In this document: piece by piece, positions 47,301 to 54,020 of the stretch | How positions within the stretch are numbered: the first letter of the stretch is position 1 | Layout: each line of letters opens with the position of its first letter | Assembly (NCBI RefSeq): GCF_028641065.1 | Contig: NC_073391.1 | Span: 5,146,001 to 5,210,000 of the forward strand | Reading direction: 5' to 3' | DNA: 64,000 bases | Origin: Leucoraja erinacea | Lineage: Eukaryota | Notes under the pieces: model-generated | Database searches by the model: none | What the model was told of the DNA's origin: nothing | What the model saw: the letters and a program-made list of their open reading frames with translations, nothing else | Program-made: the position numbers and the translations under genes

Positions 47301-49002
47301 ATAACAAAACTATTTGTTTTAGTGAAAGATACGTGAGATAGATAAAGGAGTCATAAGATTGAGACCTGGAAAGACAAAGAAAATTTCAATTTTTCAAATG
47401 ACCACCATCGATGATCATCAGAACTAGACTTCAGAAACAATAATAAACAGATAAATATGTTGAAAGAATATTAAATGGGTCAAATAATGACTGACAGTGA
47501 TATTGATTTTTTGAGTGATAATTATTGTTTTAAATTTCAAATATGTTTGATAACAATGAGCATTTCCCTCATAACCAATCACTCCTGAAAAGAAGCATTC
47601 CACAGGATGCAGAATTAGTATTCCAATTTCTAAATATACTGCAATCCCTTAATTTGCAATTCTTTCACATTTGTAAAGTAATCTGTGCCATGAAGAAAGA
47701 CCCGAAAATAGTCAGTGAGTAATCAATTAGAAATTAAATTCAACACTCAGATCCCCCTCAGAACAAAGCAAAGCAGCTTTATTTTCTTGTTTCCTATCCT
47801 TCCTGTAATATAGACATATTGATGTGGGGAATGATAGGCTTGACACCCCATGATTGACCTGCACTATCAAGACCCACAGGAATAACTTGTTTGGCTGAGG
47901 TTCCTTAGAGCAAAACAGTAGGCAAACAGATGGAGGTGGCGTTCCCCAATTATTGCAGAAGAATTCCCAGGAACATTCAGCTACAATGCCAGTGAGTCTG
48001 GTGAAGGGAAGGGTTACGTGAAGGCCATTGCAATAACTGCAATCCATGAATACAATGGTGTCTGGATCTAACATATTCTCAAACCAGGCTCCACTTGAAA
48101 TGAATAAATCAGAGGAAGAGAGGGAAATAAGCTCCATATTTGAACTTAAAAAAGGGATCCATACAGCATTGTAACACCAATAAGACCATTTTAGCTGTCA
48201 GAATAATTGCTGTCAGAATAATTTGTCCCTAGTGTGTGGAAAGGGCATTTGAGAGAAATAATTAGACAATAGAAGCAAGATAAAAAAAATGTGGTATCCA
48301 TAGGAAAAAGAGGGATAAAGGGGCAGAGAAATAAGAAAGATTGATAGTAGTAGGATCCACTAGGGTAGTAGGGTCTAGGCAGCTGAAGACACGGTCAGTC
48401 AATGTGGCGCAAAGGAAACTGGATTTGTTCCAAAGACAAAGGAGGGAGATGTTTGAGAAAGAACTGCAGATGCTGGTAAAATCGAGGTAGACACAAAATG
48501 CTGGAAAAGCTCAGCGGGTGAGGCAGCATCTATGGAGAGAAGGAATTGGCGACATTTTGGGTTGAGACCCTGTCTATCAAGGAGGGTGATATCATTTTCA
48601 AGCAAAACAATTATAAGCTAACAGCAGATATTCAACATCACTATATTTGATACATTTGCTTTCATGATTGGAACGTTCAAGTCTTCATTTACTTGGAAGT
48701 TAAAAAAGCTATGAATCTTGTGAGATTAAAGATACTGTACTCAGCGTAACCAAGAATGCTCAGTCCTTCACCGAGAAAGAAGGAGTGAAACAAAAGAAGC
48801 CATGCATCACCGTTAGTTCAGGAAAATGAGGCGTTCAGATATTGCAGCTAATTCATAACCTTCCTAACATTAGCAGCAATACATGAAAGGTAGGGTTATG
48901 AATGATATAGTTACTTAGAATAAAACATAAACTTACTTTTTAAACTTCCTGATAATCCCACCTTCATTCTTTTTAATGTCATTCACTATTTTTTGTATTT
49001 GC
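145..49002 (-). CDS. blnk: BLNK/SLP-65 B-cell linker orthologue, partial multi-exon gene (13 exons, 902 nt)
   Basis: Exons splice in phase to QIQKIVNDIKKNEGGIIRKFKKITKQAPPTVPHRDYTEGAEGPGDERWSDNEFDNCDYENPDGHSEDSDTYEDPREDGEGDENYEPPPSENPKKMIPNIFQGFKSEYADNQ...GDYIVPMKDSEPDDTYIDPTEQ...PPLVNRAGKP...DVYEVPDEL...EDDNEDEYEVCDHEP. This matches human BLNK motifs QLQKMVHDIKNNEGG, APPSVPRRDY, WSDDF, DYENP, YEPPP, EYID, DYVVP, YIHP and PMVNRSTKP in the same order. Confidence 0.93.
345..618 (+). mobile_element. degenerate CR1 LINE RT fragment plus self-inverted CR1 3' tail piece
   Basis: VDMVYIDFNMALDMV resembles the CR1 motif VDVVYMDFSKAFDKV; tail gggccaaatagcctactcctgcgcctatt. Confidence 0.6.
860..2735 (+). 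mobile_element. degenerate Tc1 DNA transposon (transposase remnant ~1386-2630), interrupted at ~2058-2296
   Basis: Frameshifted motifs FSD.NHF, KMMFWGC, GIFQQDLAPCHTSK, (W)PGN.PD.NPIENMWS and C-terminal KNRGGHIMY*. The 5' border is uncertain. Confidence 0.85.
2058..2296 (-). mobile_element. Penelope-terminus mini-element plus Rex1-type LINE 3' tail nested in Tc1
   Basis: agacacaaaatactggagtaactcagc...cttcttcagac followed by tttattgtcacgtgtaccg...gaaaag, the reverse of the tail at 43300-43355. Confidence 0.75.
2941..3378 (-). mobile_element. HE1/V-SINE interrupted by a LINE-tail fragment ending (gaatct)n
   Basis: tRNA-like head, V-domain-like gtgggttttct and gggccgaag tail; insert at ~3150-3290. 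Confidence 0.75.
3967..4009 (-). CDS. blnk: blnk exon KEPPPNRKFPALKT, phase 2-0
   Basis: Acceptor is a T run followed by ccag, donor gtaagt, 43 nt; restores phase 0. Confidence 0.82.
4115..4700 (-). mobile_element. CR1 3' fragment (4115-4420) fused to Penelope 3' fragment (4421-4700)
   Basis: SRTRGHSLRIKGRTFRKEMRRNFFSQRVVNLWNSLP; Penelope terminus and GIY-YIG tail. Confidence 0.85.
5335..5722 (+). mobile_element. CR1 LINE 3' fragment
   Basis: RLDRLG..SME.RRLKGDLIE and RVVRTWNEL motifs. Confidence 0.8.
6147..6248 (-). CDS. blnk: blnk proline-rich exon PKPQLPKPGSSGTGSPPFLARFLPKVAITPEAL, phase 2-2
   Basis: Acceptor tttttcttctgtttgaag, donor CAG/gtacta, 102 nt, open in the required frame. Confidence 0.78.
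6310..6830 (-). mobile_element. Penelope-like element 3' fragment
   Basis: Encodes HF.SPSHSHTDLSVL.LLHCQSEAKRKLEEQHLIF (GIY-YIG C-terminus) plus the terminal repeat. Confidence 0.85.
7873..8150 (+). mobile_element. HE1/V-SINE (tRNA-derived)
   Basis: A/B-box-like head, V-domain, CR1-like tail ending (aaact)n. Confidence 0.85.
8307..8341. repeat. (TA)n microsatellite
   Basis: Seen directly. Confidence 0.95.
8601..8619 (+). promoter_or_regulatory. candidate CTCF site TGGCCACTTGGGGGCGCTC
   Basis: 16/19 match to consensus TGGCCACCAGGGGGCGCTA; isolated GC-rich word in AT-rich intron. Confidence 0.45.
9145..11570 (+). mobile_element. 5'-truncated CR1/HER1 LINE with frameshifted ORF2 (APE end, RT, C-terminus)
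   Basis: VVVGDFNFPNIDW, NYRSVSLTSVVGK, SQHGF, YVDFSKAFNKV, SGVPQ, KFADD, LVRPHLEYCVQF; tail gggccgaagggcctgtttcc...(ctatgact). Confidence 0.95.
11640..11796 (-). mobile_element. Penelope-terminus mini-element with 14-bp TSD
   Basis: TSD tcattgtgcagata at 11626-11639 and 11797-11810. Confidence 0.85.
12235..12770 (-). mobile_element. CR1 3' fragment followed by a V-SINE fragment
   Basis: RGNFFTQRVVAVWNELP; SINE head at ~12650-12770. Confidence 0.8.
12946..12968 (-). CDS. blnk: blnk micro-exon EPSPPMF(R), phase 0-2
   Basis: Acceptor ttgttcttttgtccttag, donor CAG/gtacat, 23 nt; bridges phase 0 to phase 2. Confidence 0.8.
13660..13685 (-). CDS. blnk: blnk micro-exon DVYEVPDEL, phase 1-0
   Basis: Acceptor tcctcctctcacag, donor TTG/gtaagt, 26 nt; acidic YxxP motif; needed for frame continuity. 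Confidence 0.85.
13823..14023. mobile_element. Penelope foldback mini-element with 12-bp TSD
   Basis: TSD cccaattcaaat at 13811-13822 and 14024-14035; degenerate inverted arms. Confidence 0.8.
14038..14357 (+). mobile_element. full-length HE1/V-SINE
   Basis: gggcggcacggtggcacagcggtagag...gttcaatcc...gggccgaaaggcctg...ctaaact. Confidence 0.9.
14829..15399 (+). mobile_element. probable solo LTR (571 bp)
   Basis: TGTACAG...CTGTACA inverted ends (TG..CA), TATA-like tttaaata near 14953, CpG-rich; no TSD found. Confidence 0.5.
15405..16515 (+). mobile_element. L2-clade LINE, 3' portion (RT and C-terminus)
   Basis: CGVPQGSILGPILFSLYMLPL, YADDTQLY, LQLNESKSE, SRLDYCNSL, VQNAAARLL; tail aaataaaa(gactt)n. 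Confidence 0.93.
16856..17398. mobile_element. non-autonomous hAT element inserted in a Rex1 tail
   Basis: TIRs TAGGGATGCCAAC / GTTGGTAACCCTA; perfect 8-bp TSD accttggt at 16848-16855 and 17399-17406. Confidence 0.9.
17610..17890 (+). mobile_element. CR1 3' fragment
   Basis: FTQRVVNLWNTLP plus CR1 3' UTR. Confidence 0.8.
18000..18620 (+). mobile_element. old LINE RT fragment carrying a Penelope foldback (18148-18351)
   Basis: VCLDINAMLDR resembles ALDIxxAFDRV; near-perfect 15-bp TSD cttga(t/c)agaatgaag at 18133-18147 and 18352-18366. Confidence 0.7.
18966..19016 (-). CDS. blnk: blnk exon DHAASEAQSRSESPQFQ, phase 1-1
   Basis: Strong acceptor cctccttattttatccag, donor AAG/gtaaga, 51 nt, frame-compatible; no recognisable homology. 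Confidence 0.72.
19153..19685 (+). mobile_element. HE1/V-SINE interrupted by a MITE
   Basis: SINE head 19153-19189 resumes at 19416. Confidence 0.85.
19190..19415. mobile_element. palindromic PIF/Harbinger-type MITE
   Basis: Long TIRs TGCCCCTGTCCCACTTAGGAAACCTGAACGG..., TTA TSD at 19187-19189 and 19416-19418. Confidence 0.88.
21033..21255. mobile_element. Penelope foldback mini-element
   Basis: Inverted arms centred on cttcagactgaag. Confidence 0.85.
21389..21475 (-). CDS. blnk: blnk exon PLVNRAGKPPNKPTGSSSSPKAGHFHDS, phase 1-1
   Basis: Acceptor catattccttcag, donor CAG/gtactc, 87 nt; PxVNRxxKP motif as in human PMVNRSTKP (Grb2/Gads-type SH3 ligand). Confidence 0.92.
21985..23130 (-). mobile_element. 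HERO-clade (R2 group) non-LTR retrotransposon 3' fragment with restriction-like endonuclease
   Basis: QGQWTTW, IRATYDVLPTP.NL, CxxC knuckle region, YTWRHNQVL, TNLRPDLILWS...IVELTVP, AYERK.LRY, PVEVGCRGFV, WLWLKR; stop at 22122. Confidence 0.85.
23575..24390 (-). mobile_element. CR1 3' fragment
   Basis: Reverse strand shows KCEVLHFG-type and RMVGMWNEL motifs plus a CR1 tail. Confidence 0.8.
25160..25553 (+). mobile_element. HE1/V-SINE with duplicated 3' half
   Basis: B box gttcgatcc, V-domain, tail present twice. Confidence 0.8.
26010..26100 (-). CDS. blnk: blnk exon GDYIVPMKDSEPDDTYIDPTEQSVPRPMLK, phase 0-1
   Basis: Acceptor tatttatttgcag, donor gtaagt, 91 nt; human DYVVPVEDNDENYIHPTE (Y178/Y189 region). 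Confidence 0.94.
27345..27980 (-). mobile_element. CR1 3' fragment hosting a Penelope foldback
   Basis: MELYEIMRGIDRMNSQSLLPRLEESRTR. Confidence 0.8.
27584..27769. mobile_element. near-perfect Penelope foldback mini-element with 15-bp TSD
   Basis: Inverted arms of about 75 bp; TSD cacaacttaagccta at 27569-27583 and 27770-27784. Confidence 0.92.
28183..28289 (-). CDS. blnk: blnk proline-rich exon DNQAASRPVVPGSKPSPVPNKRKTPPQPRGWKEDDE, phase 1-0
   Basis: Acceptor cattattcccatag, donor GAG/gtaagg, 107 nt; completes EYAD-N as in human EYIDN. Confidence 0.9.
28370..28700 (+). mobile_element. Rex1/Babar LINE 3' fragment
   Basis: KASSIIKD.SHPGH..SPLPSGKR.RSVKTHTSRFRDSF plus tail. Confidence 0.85.
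28845..29365 (-). mobile_element. two adjacent V-SINE copies
   Basis: Reverse-strand tRNA heads near 29138 and 29365; (tttag)n tail. Confidence 0.8.
30986..31202. mobile_element. PIF/Harbinger-type MITE 89 bp from the blnk exon donor
   Basis: TIRs AGGGCCTGTCCCATTTAGGCGA / TCGCCTAAGTGGGACAGTCCCA; TAA TSD at 30983-30985 and 31203-31205. Confidence 0.85.
31292..31457 (-). CDS. blnk: blnk acidic tyrosine exon DNCDYENP...YEDP...YEPPPS...KSEYA, phase 0-1
   Basis: Acceptor cttctgcttgtattcag, donor CAG/gtattc, 166 nt (55 codons + 1); carries the YENP, YEPP and EYxD motifs. Confidence 0.95.
31945..32300. other. assembly gap (356 N)
   Basis: Run of N. Confidence 1.
32985..33305 (-). mobile_element. 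HE1/V-SINE
   Basis: Full reverse-strand copy. Confidence 0.85.
34151..35074 (+). mobile_element. CpG-rich non-autonomous retroelement with Rex1-like tail
   Basis: Ends catttcgttgtctc...gacaataaattgaatacaataca; candidate 8-bp TSD atgtttac at 34143-34150 and 35075-35082; no credible ORF. Confidence 0.65.
35700..36430 (-). mobile_element. Crack/Daphne-like (L2 group) LINE 3' fragment, interrupted by a Penelope mini-element (~36258-36386)
   Basis: KTTAYTTLVRPLLEYSSCAWD, YKIQKGIVDI, KNSFFVRTLREW; tail (gactacaaattca)x2. Confidence 0.75.
36965..37605 (-). mobile_element. CR1 3' fragment
   Basis: DRVDVERMFPLVGELRTRSHSLRIKG...VVNLWNSLP. Confidence 0.9.
38175..38695 (+). mobile_element. Penelope-like element 3' fragment
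   Basis: DLPVTKHFNSPSHSHTDLSVLG.LHCQSEA..KLEEQHL.F; terminal ctgaagaagggtctcg. Confidence 0.88.
38891..39058. other. assembly gap (168 N)
   Basis: Run of N. Confidence 1.
39450..40910. mobile_element. nested CR1 fragments: minus-strand CR1 (39450-39850, 40335-40910) split by a plus-strand CR1 (39858-40335)
   Basis: QGSVLGPLTFVIYVNDL, KFADDT and QHGFVHGRSCL on minus; RRMRGDLIET on plus. Confidence 0.85.
41341..41387 (-). CDS. blnk: blnk exon EGAEGPGDERWSDNEF, phase 1-0
   Basis: Acceptor ttctattaattag, donor gtaagt, 47 nt; human EEQWSDDF. Confidence 0.93.
41530..41752. mobile_element. Penelope foldback mini-element
   Basis: Inverted arms of the same terminal repeat. Confidence 0.85.
42903..43370 (+). 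mobile_element. Rex1/Babar LINE 3' fragment ending about 30 bp from a blnk exon
   Basis: TNLPSID....RCLGKASSIIKDESHPGHS.FSPLPSGKRYRS; tail gacaataaactaaact. Confidence 0.88.
43399..43445 (-). CDS. blnk: blnk exon ITKQAPPTVPHRDYT, phase 2-1
   Basis: Acceptor tttttctcttaattgctgcag, donor CAG/gtaaag, 47 nt; human LKVKAPPSVPRRDYAS. Confidence 0.93.
44550..44852 (-). mobile_element. HE1/V-SINE
   Basis: Reverse-strand head, V-domain and tail. Confidence 0.82.
45705..46070 (+). mobile_element. CR1 3' fragment
   Basis: IRGIDRV motif and gggccaaagggcctgttcc tail. Confidence 0.75.
47111..47261 (+). mobile_element. Penelope mini-element with short inverted 5' arm
   Basis: ctgaagaagggtttcggcctgaaacgttg core; flanks cat(g/t)aaaaaaaacaa resemble a TSD. 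Confidence 0.8.
48937..49002 (-). CDS. blnk: blnk exon QIQKIVNDIKKNEGGIIRKFK (N-terminal basic/leucine-zipper region), phase 2-2
   Basis: Acceptor ttttccttttcacag, donor AA/gtaagt, 66 nt; close to human QLQKMVHDIKNNEGGIMNKIKK. Confidence 0.95.
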
Positions 49003-49094
49003 CTGTGAAAAGGAAAAGACAAGAAATATTTGTTAGTCCAAACATCTTTCTCTAGTCACAGAAAGGTACATTGCAGAGCATTGACCATTTCATC

Positions 49095-49710
49095 TTAAAT
49101 CAAGTCAAGAGTGTTTTATTGTCCTATGTCCTGGATGGGACAATGAAATTCTTACTTGCTGCAGCACGACAGAATATGTGAACATAGTACATAATGGGGG
49201 AAGAGAAAAAAAAAAAAAAATTCAATAAATAACAAATATAGTGCAATAATAATAATAGTCTTTCACAGTTCAGAGCTTATTCGTTGTTGTGTTTAATAGA
49301 TTCATGGCTGTGGGGAAGTAGCTGTTCCTGAACCTGGACATTACAGTATTCAGGCTCCTGTACCTTCTTCCTGATGGCAGTGGTGAGATGAGTGTGTGGC
49401 CAGGATGGTGTGGGTCTTTGATGATGTTGGCTGCCTTTTTGAGGCAGCGACAACGATAGATCCCTTTGACGGTGGGGAGGTCAAAGCTGGTGATGGACTG
49501 GGCAGCGGTCACAACTTTTTATAGTCTTTTTTTGCTCCTGGACACTTAAGTTGCCGAACCAGGCCATGATGCAACCAGTCAGAATGCTCTCTACCGTGCA
49601 CCTGTAGAAGTTTAGGAGAATCCTCTTCGACATGCCGAATCTCCGTAATCTTCTCAGGAAGTAGTCACTGATGTGACTTCTTAATAATTGCATCGGTGTG
49701 CTGTGTCCAC
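49095..49710 (-). mobile_element. Rex1/Babar LINE 3' fragment
   Basis: FLRRLRRFG.....LLNFYRCTVESILTGCI.AWFGN; IIKDPHHPGH...LPSGRRYRS; (cttga)n tail. Confidence 0.92.
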
Positions 49711-50189
49711 TCTACTATTAATGCTGAGGTACTTCAGTGAAGGAAAAAGTGCTCCCCAAAGAATTAGAGCTGATGATTCCAGTCAGGATTAGTAATAACC
49801 CATACCACTTGACAAGACTTCAAATTTATTTGTATATCATCTAATTTTGTCGAAGGAGCGAGCACAATTATAATCAAAACGAGTATTAAAAGGGTGGCAT
49901 AAAGTGATCCAAGCTTCCTGTTGCTCATAAATACGATACAATACCACTTTATTTATCCCAGATTGGTCTGCCACCAGACAAAAGATACGGTTACAAGGCA
50001 TTGAATGTGGCATGTGTATGATAATAATAATGGCATTTAAATGGCCAGTTATTACAGCACAATATTACTCAAACATGAAATTACATTATTGAGTGGAAAA
50101 GACCAGGATGAGGGATATGCATAGATGGGGAGTCAGTCTACCCCACAACAGAAGGGGGAGGAGTTGTACAGTTTTTGAAAAAAGAATCT

Positions 50190-50870
50190 CCCATAGAAAC
50201 ATAGGAAAAGGTGCAGGAGTCTCCTCGAGCCTGTGCCATTTAATATGATCATGCTGCATCCTTGGTGGTACCTGCCTTTCAGTCACCCTCTGATCCCCTT
50301 GCTGAAGGGCCACATCTAACTCCCTCTTAAATATAGCCAATGAACTGTGGCCTCAACTACCCTCTGTGGCAGAGAGTTCCAGAGATTCACCACTCTCTGT
50401 GTGAAAAAAGTTCTGCTCATCTCGGTTTTAAAAGATTTCCCCCTTATCCTTAAGCTGTGACCCATTGTCCTGGCCTTCCCCAACATCGGGAACAATCTTC
50501 CTGCATCTAGCCTGTCCAACCCCTTAAGAATTTTGTAAGTTTCTATAAGATCCCCTCTCAATATCCTAAATTCTAGAGAGTATAAACCAAGTGGCATTCC
50601 TGTGGCGTTCTATGCTGCATCTTGGTGGTACCAGTCTGTTGCTGAAGGTGCTCCTCAGGTTGACCAGTGTGTCATGGAGGGGGTGAGCTGTATTGTCCAA
50701 GATGCTCCACAGTTTGAGGAGCATCCTCCTTTCCGTGACCTCCTCCGATGAATCCAGCTCTACTCCCAGGACGGAGCCAGCCTTCCTGTTGAGCCCCAGT
50801 ACATGACAGTGAAGAAGATGACACTGGCAAATGCCAGCCGGCATCTTTTAGAAACGGTGGATGCGGTGAG
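50190..50870 (-). mobile_element. CR1 3' fragment (50190-50595) inserted in a second Rex1-family fragment
   Basis: LGLYSLEFR.LRGDLIETYKI; VELDS.EEV.ERRML.KL.SILDN..HPLH. Confidence 0.85.
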
Positions 50871-51944
50871 AAAATAGATCTACATTCTTTTGTCACATTC
50901 TCCATGGCACTGTAACCTTGGAGCACGTCTAAAGAATGGGAACTTGGTTGAAGTGTCAGAAGCCAGGGCTGAACATTAAATTGTAATTTGGATACAGTGA
51001 CTTTTGCCAGAATGAATCAAAAAAGGGCAAGGATAATTCAGCTGAGTTTTGAAACAGTCTTTTTTGGAAAAAGAAAATAGAATGTAAATGTATTTAATAG
51101 AATGAAAATTTATCAATTTTCATTATGTAAATAATGAAAAATTATAAAGGGAACCAAGTGAAAAAGCAATCCCCATTAAGATGATAGATTATCCACAAAG
51201 AAATGAGCCTTTGTAACAGAATCTGCCCAGAAAGTAATATGGAAATAAAACCAACACAACCTCTTGTTGTCAGGTATAGAAGAGAAGGGTTAGAGTTTGT
51301 AATTGTATTTTTCACAACATGGGCACATTTTAGTTACTCCCTTTGAGAACAATCCCAATATCTTCCCACTTCAGCACGATTTCAATGTCCTGGCCTTAAC
51401 TACTCAATTTGCAAGCAATTCTACCAGTCTGTGACCGTCAATGTAATATAATGGTTGCTGTTGTGTTTTCTAGATTTGTCATTCACAACTCTCACACTTG
51501 CAGTCACATCCTGCCTGCCCTACACATATTGACTGTCAGCTGTTTAAATTGACACCTATGTTTTCACTCACCAGTAAATCCGTCAATATTTCTGTAGAAA
51601 ATATGAAACTTTGTCAGTGAAATTGGAAACTGTCAGTGATAACTTGCTTAGATGGTAGGGTGCAAGTCTGATTGAATCAGTTGGACAGATATTACTTTCT
51701 CCAGTTGTTAGTTGAACACAACTTATGGCAGGAATGTATTCAGATTGGAGTGTATTGGAGTGTCACAGATAATAAAAGACAAATCAGTAAAGCTTTACTG
51801 CCTCATCTTCTGCGCTGATTCTCGAACGCGGTTGACACTAGGCATGACCTGTAATACACTGGAGGAGTCGGTAGGTCAATTCTAATCCCAAAATTCCTTG
51901 TCAACATTCAGTTGATAATGTCTCAACTAAATGTTAATGGAGAC

Positions 51945-52615
51945 GGAAGGAACTGCAGATGCTGATGTTAATAAAAAGAGACACAAGTGCTGGAGTATGA
52001 TGGGGAAGGCAGCATCTGTGTGGAACATTAGGTTTCTGGCCAGGACCCTTCTTCAGACCAACTGACTGTCAAGTTTCCTTCTGGAGTAACTCAGTGGGAC
52101 AGGCAGCACCTCTGGAGAGAAGGAATGGAAGACCCTTCTTCAGACTTCTAGATTTGTCATTCACAACTCTTAAACTTCAGTCTTGACCCATTCTCAGCCC
52201 ATGAATGGTCTTGACACATTCCTTCTCTCCAGAGCTGCTGCCTGTCTCACTGAGTTACTCCAGCATTCTGTGTCTATCTTTGGTGTCAACCAGCAGCTGC
52301 AGTTCCTTCCTACACAAGTTTCCTTCTGGGTTCGGCATTGGCCAGGTAGATTATGGTCTGGGTGGCGGTTCTAAGACAATCTGGCTCTGCTGTGCTGGTT
52401 CCTTACCACCACGATCTTTAGGATGGGCTGCTAATGGCTTGATTGTCAATGTATGTGGAGGGACACTGGTGATGCTGGAATCTGGTAACTCAGTGGGTCA
52501 GGCATGGGTAGACAAACTCCAGTCTCAAGAAGGTCCCAACCCAAAATGTTGCCTATCCATGTTATCCAGAGATGCTGCCTGACTTGCTCAGTTACTCCAG
52601 ACTTTGTGTTCAATG
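51945..52615. mobile_element. cluster of Penelope-terminus mini-elements
   Basis: Several copies of the gagtaactcag and cccttcttcagac motifs in both orientations. Confidence 0.75.
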
Positions 52616-52880
52616 CTGGTGTACGTATTATTGAGGGGTATCTGTGGAAGCCCTTAAATGATGGTATCTGAGCAGCTTATTTTATCTACCATTGTGCAGC
52701 TCTTCATTGTTAACTATTGAACTGTTCAGCTGCATTTTTTTCCAGAAGACCAGAGAATACGCTGCCATTGAATATGTTTAAGATCAAGTTAAATTTTTGG
52801 ACCAAAAGGAAGTCAAGAGTTATGGGAGCTGGGCAGGAAAAAGCGATTGAGGCCCAGATCAGTTCAACCATGACCTTATT

Positions 52881-53080
52881 GGGACAACAGATGGTGCAAT
52901 GGGCTAAGTGTTTGGCTGGCGACCGGAAGGTAGCCGGTTCGAATCCCGCTTGGAGTGCATACTGTCGTGTCCTTGGGGCAAGACACTTCACCCACCTTTG
53001 CCTGTGTGTAAATGTAATGTCATTATGTGAAGCACTTTGGGGTCAATGCAAGTTGACTAAAAATGTGCTATATAAATAAG

Positions 53081-53122
<42 letters not shown>
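52881..53122 (+). mobile_element. tRNA-derived SINE with CORE-like centre, L2-type tail and (ATT)n end, inserted in a CR1 tail
   Basis: A box tggtgcaatgg, B box ggttcgaatcc, gtgtccttggggcaagacacttcaccc, tail aaaatgtgctatataaataag(att)n. Confidence 0.85.
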
Positions 53123-53124
<2 letters not shown>

Positions 53125-53457
53125 ATGGCAGAGTAGGATAAGGAGTTGTAGAGACTACTCCTGGCCCAACATCCCTTGCACATTTATCATTAGCACAATT
53201 ATTACGTAAGTAAGATAAACCCTGCTGAGGTTTAGTCTCACATTGTTCATATCATGAGCTAAAATATCCTTTAGCTATGGTGTATATCTATTCACCTGAT
53301 CTCATTTGAAATCATTTAATAGTCTCATTTTTGACATACAAACATTATTATGCTATTCAAACACTTACCCACATATAATAATGAGTAATGATATTTTCAT
53401 TTTATTACACGTCACCTTTGTTTCTTAAAGATTGAAGGTTATTTGTTGGGTTATTAG

Positions 53458-53743
53458 GTCACCATGGTGGCACAGCGGTAGAGTTGCTGCCTTACAGCAC
53501 CAAAGACCCTGGGTTCTGTCTGTACGGAGTTTGTACTTTCTCCCTGTGACAGCGTGGGTTTTAGCCGGGAACTCCGGTTTCCTCCCACACTCCAAAGACA
53601 AACAGATTTGTAGGTTAATAGGCTTGGTATAATTGTAAATTCTCCCTAGTGTGTGTAGGATTGTGTTAATGTGTGAGGATGTCTGGTCGGCGCGGACTCG
53701 GTGGGTCGAAGGGCCTGTTTTCGCACTGTGTCTCTAAACTAAA
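53458..53743 (+). mobile_element. HE1/V-SINE
   Basis: Head, V-domain and tail. Confidence 0.85.
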
Positions 53744-54020
53744 ATGGTTACGGTAGGAGGTAGCAAGGCATGAGGGGACTCTTGTTTACACTTTAATTGA
53801 GAATTTGTCATTTGGAAGAAGATCACTGTGTCATATCAGTTGCAAATGTAGAGCACAAATATTTACAATGAGTGTGTGAGATGATACATAATGGCTTTAG
53901 AAAAGATGTCATTACCTGGTGTGACGAAATGTATCGAGACTAAAAAATGGTGTGATTGAGATGGGTTGGACATTGCTTTTAGAGTTTGAGGAGTTAAGAT
54001 TAGGAATTAATATACAAGAA

